In this document: piece after piece, positions 39,240-56,029 of the stretch | Numbering within the stretch: the first letter of the stretch is position 1 | Layout of the letters: each line of letters begins with the position of its first letter | DNA from: the human T2T-CHM13v2.0 reference genome, Homo sapiens | Reading direction: 5' to 3' (one strand) | Assembly: GCF_009914755.1 (NCBI RefSeq) | Contig: NC_060948.1 | DNA: 64,000 nucleotides | Made by a program: the position numbers and the translations under genes | Notes under the pieces: generated by a model | The model's database searches: none | The model's input: the letters and a program-made list of their open reading frames with translations, nothing else | What the model was told of the DNA's origin: nothing

Positions 39240-39834
39240 AGAAAGGGCAACATCATTAATCAGTAGAGAAATACAAATCAGAATCACAATGAGATACCAC
39301 CTCAGGCCTGTCAGAATGGTGACTATTAAAACGTCAAGAAATAACAGATGCTGGAAAGTCTGTGGAGAGACAGGAAGACTTCTAAACTGTTGGTGGGAAA
39401 GTAAATTAGTGTCCACACTGTGGAAGACAGCGTGGTAATTTGTTCAAGGATCTAGAAACAACATTGACCGAGCAATGTCATTACTGGCTATCTACCCCCA
39501 AAATACAAATGTTTCATATTTGAAAGATACCTGCACGTGTATGTTTATTGCAGTACAATTAACAGCAGCAAACACATAGAATCAACTCAAATGCCGACTT
39601 TACTCAGAGAACATTATCAACTAGATACATAAAATGTAGTACATATACACAATGAAATACTTTGCAGCTTCAAAAAGCAATTAGATCATGTCTCTTGCAA
39701 GGACATGGATAAAGATGGAACCATCATCCTCAGCAAAGTAACACAGGAACAGAAAACCAAACACTACATTTCCTCACTCATGAGTCAGAGCTGAACACTG
39801 AGAACACCTGACACAGAAAAAGAAACCACACTGG
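39240..39834 (+). mobile_element. Older primate L1 (L1PA-old / L1PB) 3' fragment
   Basis: Diverged ORF2 end and 3'UTR text (aatgagataccacctca..., acacaggaacagaaaaccaaacac). Confidence 0.8.
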
Positions 39835-43041
<3,207 letters not shown>

Positions 43042-43200
43042 AAAAATACAAAAATTAGTCAAGCATGGTGGTGTGTGTGTAGTCCCAGCTATTCAGGAGG
43101 CTGAGGCAGGAGAATTCCTTCATCCCAGGAGGCACTGGCTGCGGTAAGGTGAGACTGCACCCCAGCCTGGGTGACAGAGCAAGACTCTGTCTCAAAAAAA
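43042..43200 (+). mobile_element. Alu right arm (partner of 30833-30967)
   Basis: Starts aaaaatacaaaaattag, continues with right-arm sequence and ends in poly-A. Confidence 0.88.
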
Positions 43201-43226
43201 GATAAAAACTTTGGAAATATGACTGG

Positions 43227-46200
43227 TGTTGATGGAAACAGAGTATGAGTGAGGCTGATATGGGGAAACAGGAGGATTTATTTAGGTGCACCAGCTCAGT
43301 GAGCTTATATCCAAAAAGGCTGAGTATTGAATAAAGACTGAGCAGGGTTTTTATGAGCAAACTTACAGAAGCAGACCTAAAGCAACTAATTATACAATGA
43401 ACAGTTATGTAATTTACAGCATAATTGTTGACTTGCATAACTTCTTGCCTTGCATAGCTGGGTTTTGCAGCTAGGTTGAAAGAGAAACAGGAACATACAG
43501 ATTTTACGAAATACAAGCATTGGTAAACATAGTCATAATTAATGCTTCAGAGAAGGAGAGACAGTAAAGTAATTTGCTTTCCTTTTGAACTTTGCTTCAG
43601 TGTAGGGTATTTGTGACCCATTCCCTTGGCCTCAACTTTTTAGACAGTGTTATTTTATAACTGTCTTGGAGTGAGATAGCTACACAGAGAAAAACATGTT
43701 TTCTTTTCATTTGAACCCTTGTCTTGCCAAATTTTTCTGTTTTTTTAAAAAATCATTTTATAGGATAAATTTAATCGAAGGCATTAGTATCATTTTATTC
43801 TTTATGGGAAAGCATGTTTTCTTCTTTTGGCACAGGTTGACATTTAGTTAGAGCTATTAACTGAGTAGCAGTGGGCCTGGCTATGTTGTTTTGGGGCTAT
43901 GTAGTATGAGTAGAGGGTGGGCATCATTTTTTGGGTGCTTTTTTATATCAAGGTTATGTGGGGAAAGTGTTAGCTTTCCTGTTTCTTTTGGCTTTTGACT
44001 TCCCTGCCTTTTGGTGTTCCAGATAATGCACTATTGCCACTTTTTCTGGAGCATATACAGCTGCTAAGAGCTGTAGGATTTTTTCTGTCCACTTTATTTA
44101 TTTGCCTCCAGTTGTTAAGAAATTTTCTTTTTATATATAGTTCTATGAACATGTAGTGTGGTAAAAGCATATTTAGAATGTGTTTAAATATTGACCTTTT
44201 TTTCTTTTGCAGCAAAAGGGCTCTTGTTCGGTCTATTAATTTTGCCTTTTGGTCTCATGTTCCAGTAGGCAAAGATTGAGCTTCTATCATTGAGTTTAAT
44301 GTTACCACTGCATACTCGGCTTGTTGGATTTTTTTCTAGCTCAAAACTCTTTCAGTTATGAAGTATTCAACATCTGGGTTTTTGAGGGATTGATCTGTAA
44401 GATCTCCTGGTTCAGCAAATACGTGATCCACTGTTTAGACACAGTTATGGAGGGGAGCATCAAATTTGACTGGGAGCAGGGTGGTTGGGCTTAAGTTGTT
44501 TGCTGTATTTTAAGTAATGTAAGGGTTTTCATATAGAAGTCCTTGGTACTGCGTTATTCTCAGATTTGACAACTAATGATGGCTTATTTGTTCATCAAAG
44601 TTTTGACTGAGTGTGGCACATGGACTGTTAGCTGCTGTCTCAAAGTAAGTGTGTTATCCTCTTGCATTAGCAAGGCAGTGGTGGCTAATGCCTTAAGGCA
44701 AGGAGGCCATCCTAGTGCCACAGAGTCTAATTGTTTAGATTAGTATTTGACTGGACAATGCTATAATTTTATAATTTCAGTTAAGAACCACATAGCCATT
44801 TCTTTTCATTTATGCAGGTACAGAAAGAAAGGCTAAGTTACATTTGGCAGACCAAAGGCTGGGACTTGAGTTAAGGGTTTTTTTGATTTTTTTAAATGAT
44901 ATTTGCTGTTTAGTTTGCCAGAGGAGGGTTTCGTTTTTACCCCTTTTGTAATATTATATAATGGCTTAGCCATCAGTGAAAAATTTATGATTTAGATATG
45001 GTGGAATTTTTCTTCTTTTAAGAATTTTTTAATGTAATGCCTAGTGGTTTGTGTCAGGAGTGTACAAACGGCCTGTTTCTGCTTATGGCCAAGCTGGCAT
45101 TCCACATGGCTTACTATGAAACCTACATATTTGACATTTTTAAGAATAATTGGTCCTTTTTTAAAAGATAATTTTAGCCTGTTTTTCATAGGAGATGGAG
45201 GAGGTCTTGAGTTTTTTGATAACAGTCCTCCTGGGTTGGGGCTGCTAGAGGAAGGTCATCCACATACTGCAACAAGGCACAGTTAACATTTGGCAGGTTG
45301 TAGGCTTCAAGGTCAGTGCTTCCCTAAAGACTGTAGGAGAGTCTTTGAACTTGCGGGAGCCTGGCCCAGGTGAGTTGAACAACTTATTTGTTTTATTGAA
45401 ATGCAAATATAGGGTGACTAACTGGGGCTAAGCAGATATAAAAGAATACATTCTTTAAATTTAGGACTGCAAATCAGGTAGCACTTGCTGGAATGAGATT
45501 TATTAAAATACACATGTTCCAAAAGTGGAGTGTTTTAGAGCAATTGACATCGAACTAAGACTTCATGTTGGTAAGGCCAGTTTAAATATTTATAGATACC
45601 TGGAATAGCTTCTCAGGGGACTGGGTACTGATGAACCCAAATCGGAGTTTCTTTTGGTTTTAACATGACTACCACCTGTGCATGATGTACAGCTAATCCA
45701 AGTAGGTTGCCTTTAACCCATACTCCAGAAATGTTATTAACTAAGTGAAATAATTTTTTTTTATCCCACCTGCAATTCTAATTTGCTGCTTGCACTTTCT
45801 TTGTATAAAGTTTCCATTCCTTAGCCTGCAGGATGATAAGGGTTAGCACCATGCTTTTTTGGAGAGTCAGAAAAAAAGTTGTTTTTTTTTTTTTTGCAGC
45901 TGAAATGTAATTGGTGCTTTCAGTTTTTGGAGTAATTTTTTTTTTTCTTAACAAGGGAACTGGACAATTCAGGAGGTATAGGAATTTATGTTGAACTTCC
46001 CATCCTTTGATGACACACCTCCTTACCAGAACAGCTTTTTTCTCTGAGATTCCTGTGGCTTTTATAATAGTTTTATAGCTTCAGATAGTGGCCCTATGGG
46101 TTGAGTCAGTATTGAATGTGTAGCCCTGGTGTTTACATAAAGTCCATCAGCTGGCCTTCAACTTTTAATGTGACCATGGGCCAATGGAGTTGTAATAAGA

Positions 46201-48735
46201 AAAAGCCTGGTCTGTCCTAGTACCCATATCCTTTAGTGCCAGCCAGCCTGTTTAGATTCGTATTTGATTTTCCCACAGTGAGGCAGCCCTTAGCTGGACT
46301 CTTTTATACCACAGTCCTGATTATACTTTTTATTACCTTCTGGACATTTATTCTTTCAGTATTTTTCTTTTGCATCACACACATTGTTTTCTCTCTAGCC
46401 TCGGCTGGCTTTTAAATTTTTGACTAAATTGACATCTTTCACATGCACGTGCACATCCACATTCTTGTATATTGCTAGTCATTTTTTTAATGAGAGCTGC
46501 TGCTAAGAGATTGGCCTTTTTTAAACCTCTGATTTGCTTTTTTTTTTTTTCTTTGCTTCCTGGTGATGGTTAACCTACATTTTGGTGGCCATTTCTGTAA
46601 GCTGGGTTGTATTCGTGCCTGCAAAACCATGTACTTTTTGCAGCTGGTGCATTGGCTTCTAGCCCTTGATGGGATGCCTGAGTTATCCTCTGGCACTCCT
46701 CCATGTTGAACAATGTTAAGATAAGTTATCTTCAATTTAGCCAGGTTGGATTGTGTGTTAGAAAGGTGGACTGTGTTAGATTTATGAGAGCTTGGGGCTT
46801 TTCCTTGTAGGAGTTAGTGTGTTGATTTACATTTAGGAGATTAGTGGTTGAAAAGGGCTGATAGAGGAAGGTTTGCTGCCCCCCACACCAGGATGTGGCA
46901 CTGGTCATTATAACAGATGAGTCCTTGCATTTCCCTGAGAGGTATTTACATAGCTTGACCATGATCAGATTTGAGGCAGCCTGGTTCACTATCCTGAATT
47001 CCATCACTGGCCTCTCAAGGCTCCAATTCTTCCCTCTGGGGTGAAACCTGGGGTGTACTGGCAATGGAACCTAGCTCCTGGGGGGCTGTTTGCCTCAGCA
47101 AAGGGAGGTAGGCTATGAAAAATGGAGGAGAATTTTTTTTTCCTTTTGTAGTTTTTTAAAACTGGGTTTCCTTTCTGTCCTTGGGACTTTCCTTTTAACT
47201 CAGTGTTTGCTGGTGAAGCTGCTTCTATTTTCACTTTTGGCTCGGCCTGCGCTACAAGTGTTTTGCAATAAGCTGTGAAGCAGGGCTGGATTCATGTTGT
47301 TCTTGTTTGTATTATATTTAATTATGAGTTAATATAAGAAAATTGGTCTGGGTACCCTGGCTATACTCAGACCCCTGTCATTACCTCAAACTCATGACCA
47401 ATTCTTTCTATGTGTATAGTTTTTTGGGTCACCTATTTAATACCAAAAGGGGGCCATTTTAGTTTACAGAGAGCTTTTTACCTTTGCAGGGTTAGCTTAA
47501 TTTTATAGTTTCCTGTAAACCCTTTCTTAAAGTTTTTTTTAGCATATATTTGAATGATGTATATTGTGACAACTCTCTTCCCATTTCTTTTCAGTTATGA
47601 TGCAGTGTACTCGTGCTCACTTTTTACCTTTGTTTCCAGCCAGTTAGACCATCTCCTATTATGGGGGTTTTTAGATACTACTTAGCTTTGGAGAGTTTCT
47701 TAAGCCCAACACAATTGCTGAAGTTGTGGGGTAGCTTCTTTTAGCCATATGTGGATCACCACTAGTCTTGATCAGCCCCACACTTGGCTTGGAACACATT
47801 CTTCACTAAGAGACTTGTGGTTCCTCACTTTATGGCCGATTAGCCTAGTTAGGCCTCACCACTCACACATCATCCTTCTACCAGTTCTCATGTTCCTGGT
47901 TGGGGTGGCGAGTCACTTTCACCACCTCCAGTTTCCTTCTGAGCTGATTTAGTGAGCCACTGTCACATGCTGTGTTGGTTGAGGTGTAAGTTTCTTCTGA
48001 ATTGGTGAACCACTCTTGCGGCCTGCAGCACCTCTGGGTTGGATTACCGGTTATAACCTAGGAGGTGATTAGGCTCCCTTTTGGTCCTTGTGGGATGTGT
48101 CCTGCCTTGGGTCCCAATACCTTACTGTGGTTTCTGAAGTGAGCTGTTCCTGGAATCGTCCTATAACCCATTAGGTACCATTGCACTGCTTGGTAGGGGC
48201 ACGAGGTCACAAAATGGCTGATCTCCCCTCCAGGCTGAAGTTCTCCCAGTGGTGCTCCTTGGGTCACAGGACTCCTGAGACCCAGGGCTTAAGCCCCAGG
48301 GGCAAAGGAGACAGGAAACCTGTCATCTCCACTCCTGGCTGACTGGCCAATAATGCTGTGGGAAGCAGAGGACCACAGAGATTAATATGGGGAAATAGGA
48401 GGATGTATTTAGGTGCCCTGGCTCAGCAGACTTATATCCAAAAATGCTGAGCATTGAACAAAGACTGAGGGGGATATTTGTAAGCCAAATTACAAAAGCA
48501 GAACTACAGAAGCTAATTTGACAATGACAGGTTACATAATTTATAGCATAACTGTTGAGTTAGCATAACTTTAGCCTTGCATAGCTTGTAGCCTTGTAGC
48601 TGCATTGAAAAGACAAAAAAAAAAACAGTAAGCTTCAAATCTTACTAAATACAAGCATTGGGAAACATAGTCATAATTAATGTTTCAGAGAAGAAGAGAC
48701 GTTATAGATATTTATTTTTCTTTTCTTTTCAGTGC
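43227..48735 (-). mobile_element. Second ERV3/HERV-ERI-like provirus; IN and env almost entirely deleted; 5' LTR truncated
   Basis: LTRs at 43227-~43729 and 48354-~48735; PBS at 48332-48349; gag (ALINLTQSTFLTHNPTW), RT (QYVDDLP at ~45250-45270); colinear with the 5705-14540 provirus. Confidence 0.9.
48332..48349 (-). promoter_or_regulatory. Retroviral primer-binding site, tRNA-Arg type
   Basis: TGGCCAGTCAGCCAGGAG vs Arg(ACG) PBS TGGCGAGCCAGCCAGGAG (2 mismatches), adjacent to the LTR. Confidence 0.8.
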
Positions 48736-48949
48736 AGACACTGAAGCTTGAGCCTGGAATTGTGGAGCCAGTTCTCTCTGCTGTGGGGCCCATGTATGGG
48801 TAGAAGTCTCCTCATGACTCAAATCACAGCCTTGGTAACCCACTAGTCCAGTTCCTAAAAACACCCACTCCTTAGTGTTTCAAGAATCATGCTCTAGAGT
48901 CCACTGCCACATTTGAATTTATTGCAATGTTATGGAAATGAGAATTTTA

Positions 48950-49280
<331 letters not shown>

Positions 49281-49715
49281 TGTATCTGTTTATATTTCAA
49301 TGCCAAAATATTTTAAATGACTTTTTAATGATGTGTATAATTTTTCCAAGTTTAGAAATAAACTCCATTTGTTTGCTTTCACATATTTTGTACATTTGTT
49401 TTTATCTTAATAAACTGAGTCTATTGACAGAACTATGAAGATGCTTATTTATACCATATCTCATGTTCTACATGTCCAGTTTAGCAAATATGCATTATCC
49501 ACTTATTTGCTAAAAGCCATCCTTTTTTCTCTTCATAATTTAGATGATTCTCAAATATCACACATCATTTTGCAATCTGATTCTAACTTCTATACTGCCA
49601 AATGGTCTGCAAAATTAACCTAAAAAAAAAAAAAAAAACAAACAAAATAAGTGAAGGCTGACAGACTAAGTAACGTGATTCAGCTGAAGCTAGTCAATCA
49701 GAAAGTTGTACTTAC

Positions 49716-49826
49716 CGAAACTTTTGGTCTGGAGGGTTGGAGAGGCTGTGCCTTGACTCAGTGGGTGATTGCTGGGGCATTCTGTCAGAACAAGGACTGG
49801 GGAACCCACATGTAATCTGTCCAGAC
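49716..49826 (-). pseudogene. OFD1P: OFD1 exon 17 remnant
   Basis: ttag|..[22 protein letters not shown]..PPDQK|gtaag, versus [22 protein letters not shown]..PPEQK. Confidence 0.9.
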
Positions 49827-50199
49827 CTAAGGTTCAGAAGGAACCAAGGCAAGAATATTACCAGGTGCATGAAGATACCAAGCGGTTTCTAAAGAGCTCT
49901 ATTAGTTCAAAAATAAATTGTTATCCTTGCAAATAGCAAATTATGATGCATAAGATCCACAAAACTAATGATTCAAACACCTAAGTTAATTGCACTGGCA
50001 ATAATAAAATGCATGAAAGTAACAGGCAGCAAAGGAAAGACAGCTCTTAGTATCTAAACACCTCTGTGTGTAAAGGAGACACTAGACCTTGCCAGTCTGT
50101 CCTGCTGACTCTCACAGCAACCCTCTATCATGGGTGGAGAGATGGAGGGTAGCTACCCAACTCCAGAGCAGCACACAACGCTTTGTCCAGGTGGCTAAC

Positions 50200-50815
50200 C
50201 TTCCAGATACATTTCACTTTAAGGTTCTTTTTGCTTTCGGAAAAGGGGTAGAGAAGACTTGTCTGGAGGAAATGCCACTGTGTAGCCTCAACACTGCACT
50301 GCCCATGAGTGCTTCCAGGTGCCAGTCCTTTAATCTTTAAGTTTTTTTCACTTGAGGCTGCTCAGAGACAACTCTGTCCTCTGCAAATATATGGCTTTCT
50401 AGAGAACTGGAAGTAATGTTTTTGAAAGCTTTCAGCAAGTGCAGAGATGGTGAGCTCTTTGCTGGTAGTGGGCTTTTGGTATGATGTTAACGACTCTCAG
50501 ATAGCAACTTCTGAAAGCCTTTTCCAAGGGTCTGTCCTCTTACTTAAGCTCTTTGCCTCTTGCTTAAGCTCTTTGACCCTTGCTTAGTATTAACTACAAA
50601 CTCAAGGTCAGAATTGGAAGGACTACCCTCCACAGCTCCATTTGGAAAATTTGGGATCCTTGATGTTACCATACCTCTTTTCTGTTTAAGAGAATCGTTC
50701 AAGAAATCCTGATGTATAGCACCATTGCAAGGCACCATATTGCCACTTATTAATCCACTGACAGAATGATGGATCAGATGCTGCTTTGGATTACAGTACA
50801 CTTTATTCTCTAGGG
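50200..50815 (-). pseudogene. OFD1P: OFD1 exon 16 (large exon) remnant
   Basis: cag|[25 protein letters not shown]..; ends KSEMYLE|gttag, versus OFD1 ALENEVYCNPKQ...SEMYLE. Confidence 0.95.
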
Positions 50816-51919
50816 CTGCAGAGTACAAAATGCTAATTTCAAAAGTGAGTGGACACAGAAGAGAAGAAAATTCATGTAATTGAGAATATTATTGTTTTGA
50901 AAAGTTGAAGAGAGCAATAATAAGGACAAACTTCCACATTAAACAGTTTCTGATGCCATGGTAGTGATAACCACTAATATTTATTGAGGGCTTATTGTAC
51001 CAGCTACAGCTTCATGTGTCTTTTGTAACACAGTACAACTTCAGAATCCATTATGCACAATTTCCACATCCCCACAGCTCTGAAAATTGAAAATTTATTC
51101 ATAACTTAGGGGCATAGCCTAGCCAGACATGAACTCATTTGGTTAAATACTATGACCTGAAATGACGTGAACCCATATATTATCTTTATTTGCCCCGGCA
51201 TGAATATTCATACAGTTGACTGGAAAATAACTAATGCATTTCACTACAGCAGGTACTACAGAATTCACATGCTGTGGATTTCGTGTGCTGTGAAATCCAC
51301 AGCATACGGCATGAGTTTCAGACAAAAAGTAAGAACCTGCATTCACAAAAACACTGTGGTCAAGGAATTCTCACAGCTTCCGTTTTATAGATGGGAGACT
51401 AAAGCTTATTGACCCTGGGTCACACCGTTAGCAGGTTCAAGAGCTACTGCACTTTCCTAAGGCAAAGCCAGTGCCTGTGTCTCACTGTCCTGAAATGCCT
51501 TCCAATGAAGCTGTGAGAAAGAAGCTTGCCCTCCTCATTGCATGCAAGTGCAAAAGTTCTATTCCCATTCAACTATTTTTATTAACATGAGACTATGGTT
51601 TCAGCTGTGAGAAGTTTCACAAACAGAACTGAAAGGAAAATGAGACCAGAAAGGAGAAGAAATGTGTAAAGAGTTAAAAATAAGTCAAGTGCTGGTAGAA
51701 GAGAGCAAGGAACTTATGAGGAAAAAGTGCAAAGGGGAACGAGGAAGGCTCAGAACAAGTTTGAGAAACCAGTTAACTGGTAACACAAACACACTTTCTT
51801 TGAGCTTGAAAGCAACTGAAGAAGAAAGCATCTAAGCTTCAATATCCTTATTATGAAGTAGGAAGGGGCACAGATGTATCCACAGTGAACACACAATAAT
51901 AAAATCATACCAATCATAC

Positions 51920-52135
51920 CAATCACCACTTATTGAGTGTTTTCTTATGTCCCAGGCACTGCGTTGTAACCCATCTCCTTTCATCACTTTCATCATGGCT
52001 CAATAGGCATTATTTTCCCCATTAAAAATGAGGAAACTGAGGCCCAATGAAGTTAAGGTAACATGTCCAAGATTAAACAACTAACTTCAAAACAGGGATC
52101 CAAAAGAACAGTTGTCTGATTCTGAGAGCAATGTT
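51920..52135 (-). mobile_element. MIR
   Basis: ttattttccccatt...atgaggaaactgaggccca...gaagttaagg MIR core. Confidence 0.75.
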
Positions 52136-52532
52136 CTCTTTGCTAAACTGCCTTGCTCCTCCTGTGTGTGCATATATCTATCAAGGAATCCATAAAATTA
52201 CTGAACTGCTGTTAACATTGAGGTAACAAATAGAAAAGAAATTTCTAAGATAAACCTGGAGACTTCTATGTCACCACCACGCCTTTCCCATTTGAGACAC
52301 AAGGCTCTCCCAAGCCATGAGGCACCTATGAAACAAGTGACTTTTGCTGATGATCCAGATGGTATTACCAAAGTGGATAGGGAGTTTTACTTCTAAGATG
52401 ACACACGTTTCTGTGGCTTTTCCTCTAACATAACAATTACTTAATATTCAATAAATTAGGGTCATTACATTTTCACAAGCATCAGAAGCTTTACACACAG
52501 AAAAATATTCATAGATTTAAAATGTCTCTAAC

Positions 52533-52642
52533 CTGTCTGAGTTTGCTTCAGTTGCAATACAAAATCGGTCACCTGAATACTTAACTTTTTATGGAAGTTT
52601 GTAATCTAGTATCTGGGCCTTCAGCCACCCAGAATGCTCATT
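52533..52642 (-). pseudogene. OFD1P: OFD1 exon 15 remnant
   Basis: tcag|NEHSGWLKAQILDYK...QVTDFVLQLKQTQT|gttag, versus IEHSAQLKAQILGYK...QVADLKLQLKQTQT. Confidence 0.9.
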
Positions 52643-53178
52643 CTGAAAAGATTCAGAATCAGAAAAGAAATTATTGCAAAACAAATCACGGCTTGCTTCA
52701 CAAGGAGACGTTTTCTTATCCTGTTTGTACTCTTTTAATTGAGAATATTTATGCCAGTAAACAACAGGGTCCCTATTTTAAAAATGACAAACAGAACACA
52801 AACTAGGTGGGTTTAACAGATTTCACCATCTTTTTCAGTCATATCAAAACATTCTAGGGCATGTGGGCAGAAGACACGGTGAATGTTTGTAATCCTTAGG
52901 GTGAGAATCCAGAGATAACAGTGGAAAAAATCTGGCACTCTGAAAATTTTACATTTAGGTGTGTTTGCTTTCTTCTCCATGTTATTGCTATTATGAATAT
53001 AAGATCATATTATCACTAGAGAATTTTCTCAGATGACAAAGAGAAACTTTACTATATTTGGGGGAGTAATGTTTGATATTAAAATAAATCTGATTTGCAC
53101 AGGTGTGACTTGGGCCAAGTTTACATACTGAAGAAGTGTATTTGTATCAAAGTGGAACTGGCAAGGAGCAAGACTCAC

Positions 53179-53310
53179 TGCATCTTGCAGTTGTACTGCA
53201 GAGCTGGCCTGTGATTTTTGAACTCCTCATGCTCAGCTATGATAGCATTTCCTGCTTTCTGCAGTTCTTTCTGAAATACCACAATTTCATGAGCCAGTGG
53301 AGCCAGATAT
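53179..53310 (-). pseudogene. OFD1P: OFD1 exon 14 remnant
   Basis: VVFQKELQKAGNAIIAEHEEFKNHRPALQ..LQD|gtgag, versus [35 protein letters not shown]. Confidence 0.88.
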
Positions 53311-54688
53311 AAGAAGGCCAAAAGAAATCCTAGTCATTATCTACCTTAAGTTTTCTTATTTCATTTAACAGAAACATTTAAACAGCTTTTACATTGTTGT
53401 TTCTTTTCTTGGTACTCATGCAATAAATATAATATTAATTCTATTTAATGATCTCAGAGTAGTCCTAACACTCAAATTTCAGAACAAAAGTATTTAGTGC
53501 ATTTTATTGCAAACGTTATTACTCTTGGAGTCCTACTCCAAGTAAAAGAACTCTTTCAAATCCTCAGATTAACCTAAATAGCTGTTTCTCTCCTATACCA
53601 TGAAGAGAAGGAGCTCTCTGTCTGGTCTACCTGTTGATGACATCCCCAACATCCAAAATAATCTGTGCATCTGTCAGCAGCAGTTGGGATCCAGGCAGAA
53701 AGCAGATGGCTCCTACAGACAAAGTCATCTAAGAGTCCTTTAATAAAGGGTGACTTATGCAGCATGCCCACAAATGTTGGGGAAGTTCCCTTACATAGTA
53801 ACAGGGCCACTCTATGAGCACTGACTACTCTAAGGAAAGTTAAAGGCTCTAGGTATTACCTCCCTCTGCTGGCAATCTGGAAGGCCATGGAGAGGTAAAA
53901 ACTACATTTATTTTGTATGTATCCTGAGAAAGAGGAAATAGCAGTAGAGGAAATTGAGGTAGGGAAGTGATAAACTCTCTGCCAAAATGTTGTTCCTTAT
54001 TTTTTTTTCTGTCTCTCTTGATTAACTTACTTTTTCATTATTGCCAAAAGAAGAGTAAGGTAGGCAGAGGTTAGAATCAAACAAATCAAATCTAAAGAAG
54101 GGAGAAAACAATATTAAAGAATATGGAGGCACATTTTTTAATGAACGAAGATTCCTGGCATATCTATTTTTGTCAATTAACAAAACATTCCCAGTTGAAA
54201 ATAAGGCTTATTGCACAAACTACAGACAGATGAGCTTTCAGTCAATCCCAGGTAAGATCTGAAGAATGAAATATTTGTGAGCACTTAAAAAAGGTGAATA
54301 ACACAAAAGAAATAATTTCACCCAATGCAAATAAAGTCAGACTACCATACTTTCTTTGTTGAGCATAGAGCTGGTAAAAGCTGCAGGTGTAGAACTCAGT
54401 TCTGGACATATGGAACTCAGTTACTGGACATAAACAAACAAAACTATCAGAACTGAAGGATTGAAATTAACTGCAAAATGTATGATCTGTTCAAGTATTG
54501 GTGGCCTCTCAAAATTTTCTGTCTGGTCTTACTGTAAGCTGGTGATAGCATCTCAGTCTCTTTTTCATCTTAATATTTAATATGTCAAAAGCAAAACCCT
54601 AGTGTTTTTTCCTCTTAATTTGTATTTTCTAATTATAGGTGATATCACCTTTATAAAGAAGAACTCTACTTGGCAATAAACATTAGAA

Positions 54689-54695
54689 TATTGTG

Positions 54696-54730
<35 letters not shown>

Positions 54731-54770
54731 GTTACTGTGTATACATATATACTATATATGCATATATATA
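54689..54770. repeat. (TA)n microsatellite and TA-rich flank
   Basis: Perfect (TA) run at ~54698-54726. Confidence 0.9.
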
Positions 54771-54824
54771 GTAATTTTTTTACTCTCATAATTCTGAGTT
54801 TCAAAAATAAACATGCATACTTAA

Positions 54825-54931
54825 AATTCAAAAGCTTCAACCCAGTGCTTCAGCACTACTTCTCTTCCTCTTAGCAAATCCATGGCTTTTACTTAAAGTT
54901 GCCTTTGGCCATAAATTTCTTTTATGTCAAT
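54825..54931 (-). pseudogene. OFD1P: OFD1 exon 9 remnant
   Basis: tgtag|[34 protein letters not shown], versus [35 protein letters not shown]; donor GT mutated to TT. Confidence 0.9.
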
Positions 54932-55051
54932 CTACATAGAAAATTATTAATTTTTCGCAAGAAAACTGATGAAAGCCAAACTGATGTAAATGAATATACT
55001 GTTTTCTAAATTCCACAAAGCAACAATTTCACCTTCAAGAGACTCCAACTT

Positions 55052-55348
55052 GGCTGGTTACTGTGGCTCACAACTGTTATCTTAGCACTTTGGGAGGCCA
55101 ATGTGGTAGGATCACCTGAGGTCAGGAGTTCAAGGCCAGCCTGTGTAGCATTGTAAAACCACATCTCTAACAAAATGCAAAAATTAGCCAGGCATCATGG
55201 CGGGAACCTGTAGTTTCTGCTACTCAGGAGGCTGAGGCAAGGGAATCACCTGAACCTGGGAGACAAAGGTGGTTGTGGTGACCTGATAATTACCATGGAA
55301 CTCCAGCCATGGTGACAGAGTGAGACTCCATCTAAAAAAAAAAAAAAA
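55052..55348 (+). mobile_element. AluS-like SINE
   Basis: Dimeric Alu with poly-A. Confidence 0.9.
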
Positions 55349-55541
55349 TTCCAGACTTGAGTTTGAATTTTTTCAACCTATTGGAAAGCAAAGTTTCAAA
55401 CTTATACAACTAGATATTCTAGCTGCATACAAATTGACTCTCCTAATTACTATTTACCTGTATTTTCATATGTTCCTAACATCCCTTATGTAATATATGC
55501 TACTTAGTGCTTTAAAATCTCCAGTCCTTTATCTAAAAAAG

Positions 55542-55829
55542 ATTTTTTGACAGGTTCCTGCCCTATTGCCTAGGCTGTAGTGCACTGGCGTGGTCTTGAC
55601 CCACTACAACCTCTGCCTCCTGGCCTCAAGGGATCCTCCTACCTCAGCCCCCCGAGTAGCTGGGACTACAAGCACACACCACCAAGTCCGGCTAATTTTT
55701 TGTGTTTTTTATAGAGATGGGCTTTGTCAAGCTGCTCAGACTGCTCTTGAACCTCTGGGTTCAAATGACATGCCCACCTCAGCCTCTCAAAATGCTGGGA
55801 CTGCAGGCATAAGCCACCACACCTGGTCC
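55542..55829 (-). mobile_element. AluJ-like SINE
   Basis: ctcaagggatcctcctacctcagcc J-type motif, reverse orientation. Confidence 0.85.
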
Positions 55830-56029
55830 CGTTAACTAAAAATTGATGAGTTCTTCAGGAAGAACCATTGAACAAAATGTGCATTCAGCAATAAAACTGC
55901 AAAAGAATATAATCCCACAGTTTTTAGTGATGGTGCTCTCTGTATGTTTCAGTTCATGGGTCATTCTGACTCAGAGTTAGCAAGCTCTTATGAACTCCTA
56001 AATGAATGGGCCATCCTTCCATTTATGTT

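Noticed and set aside
50544-50828. Functional OFD1 gene
   Set aside because: Exons carry stops and frameshifts, several splice sites are mutated, and many exons are missing.
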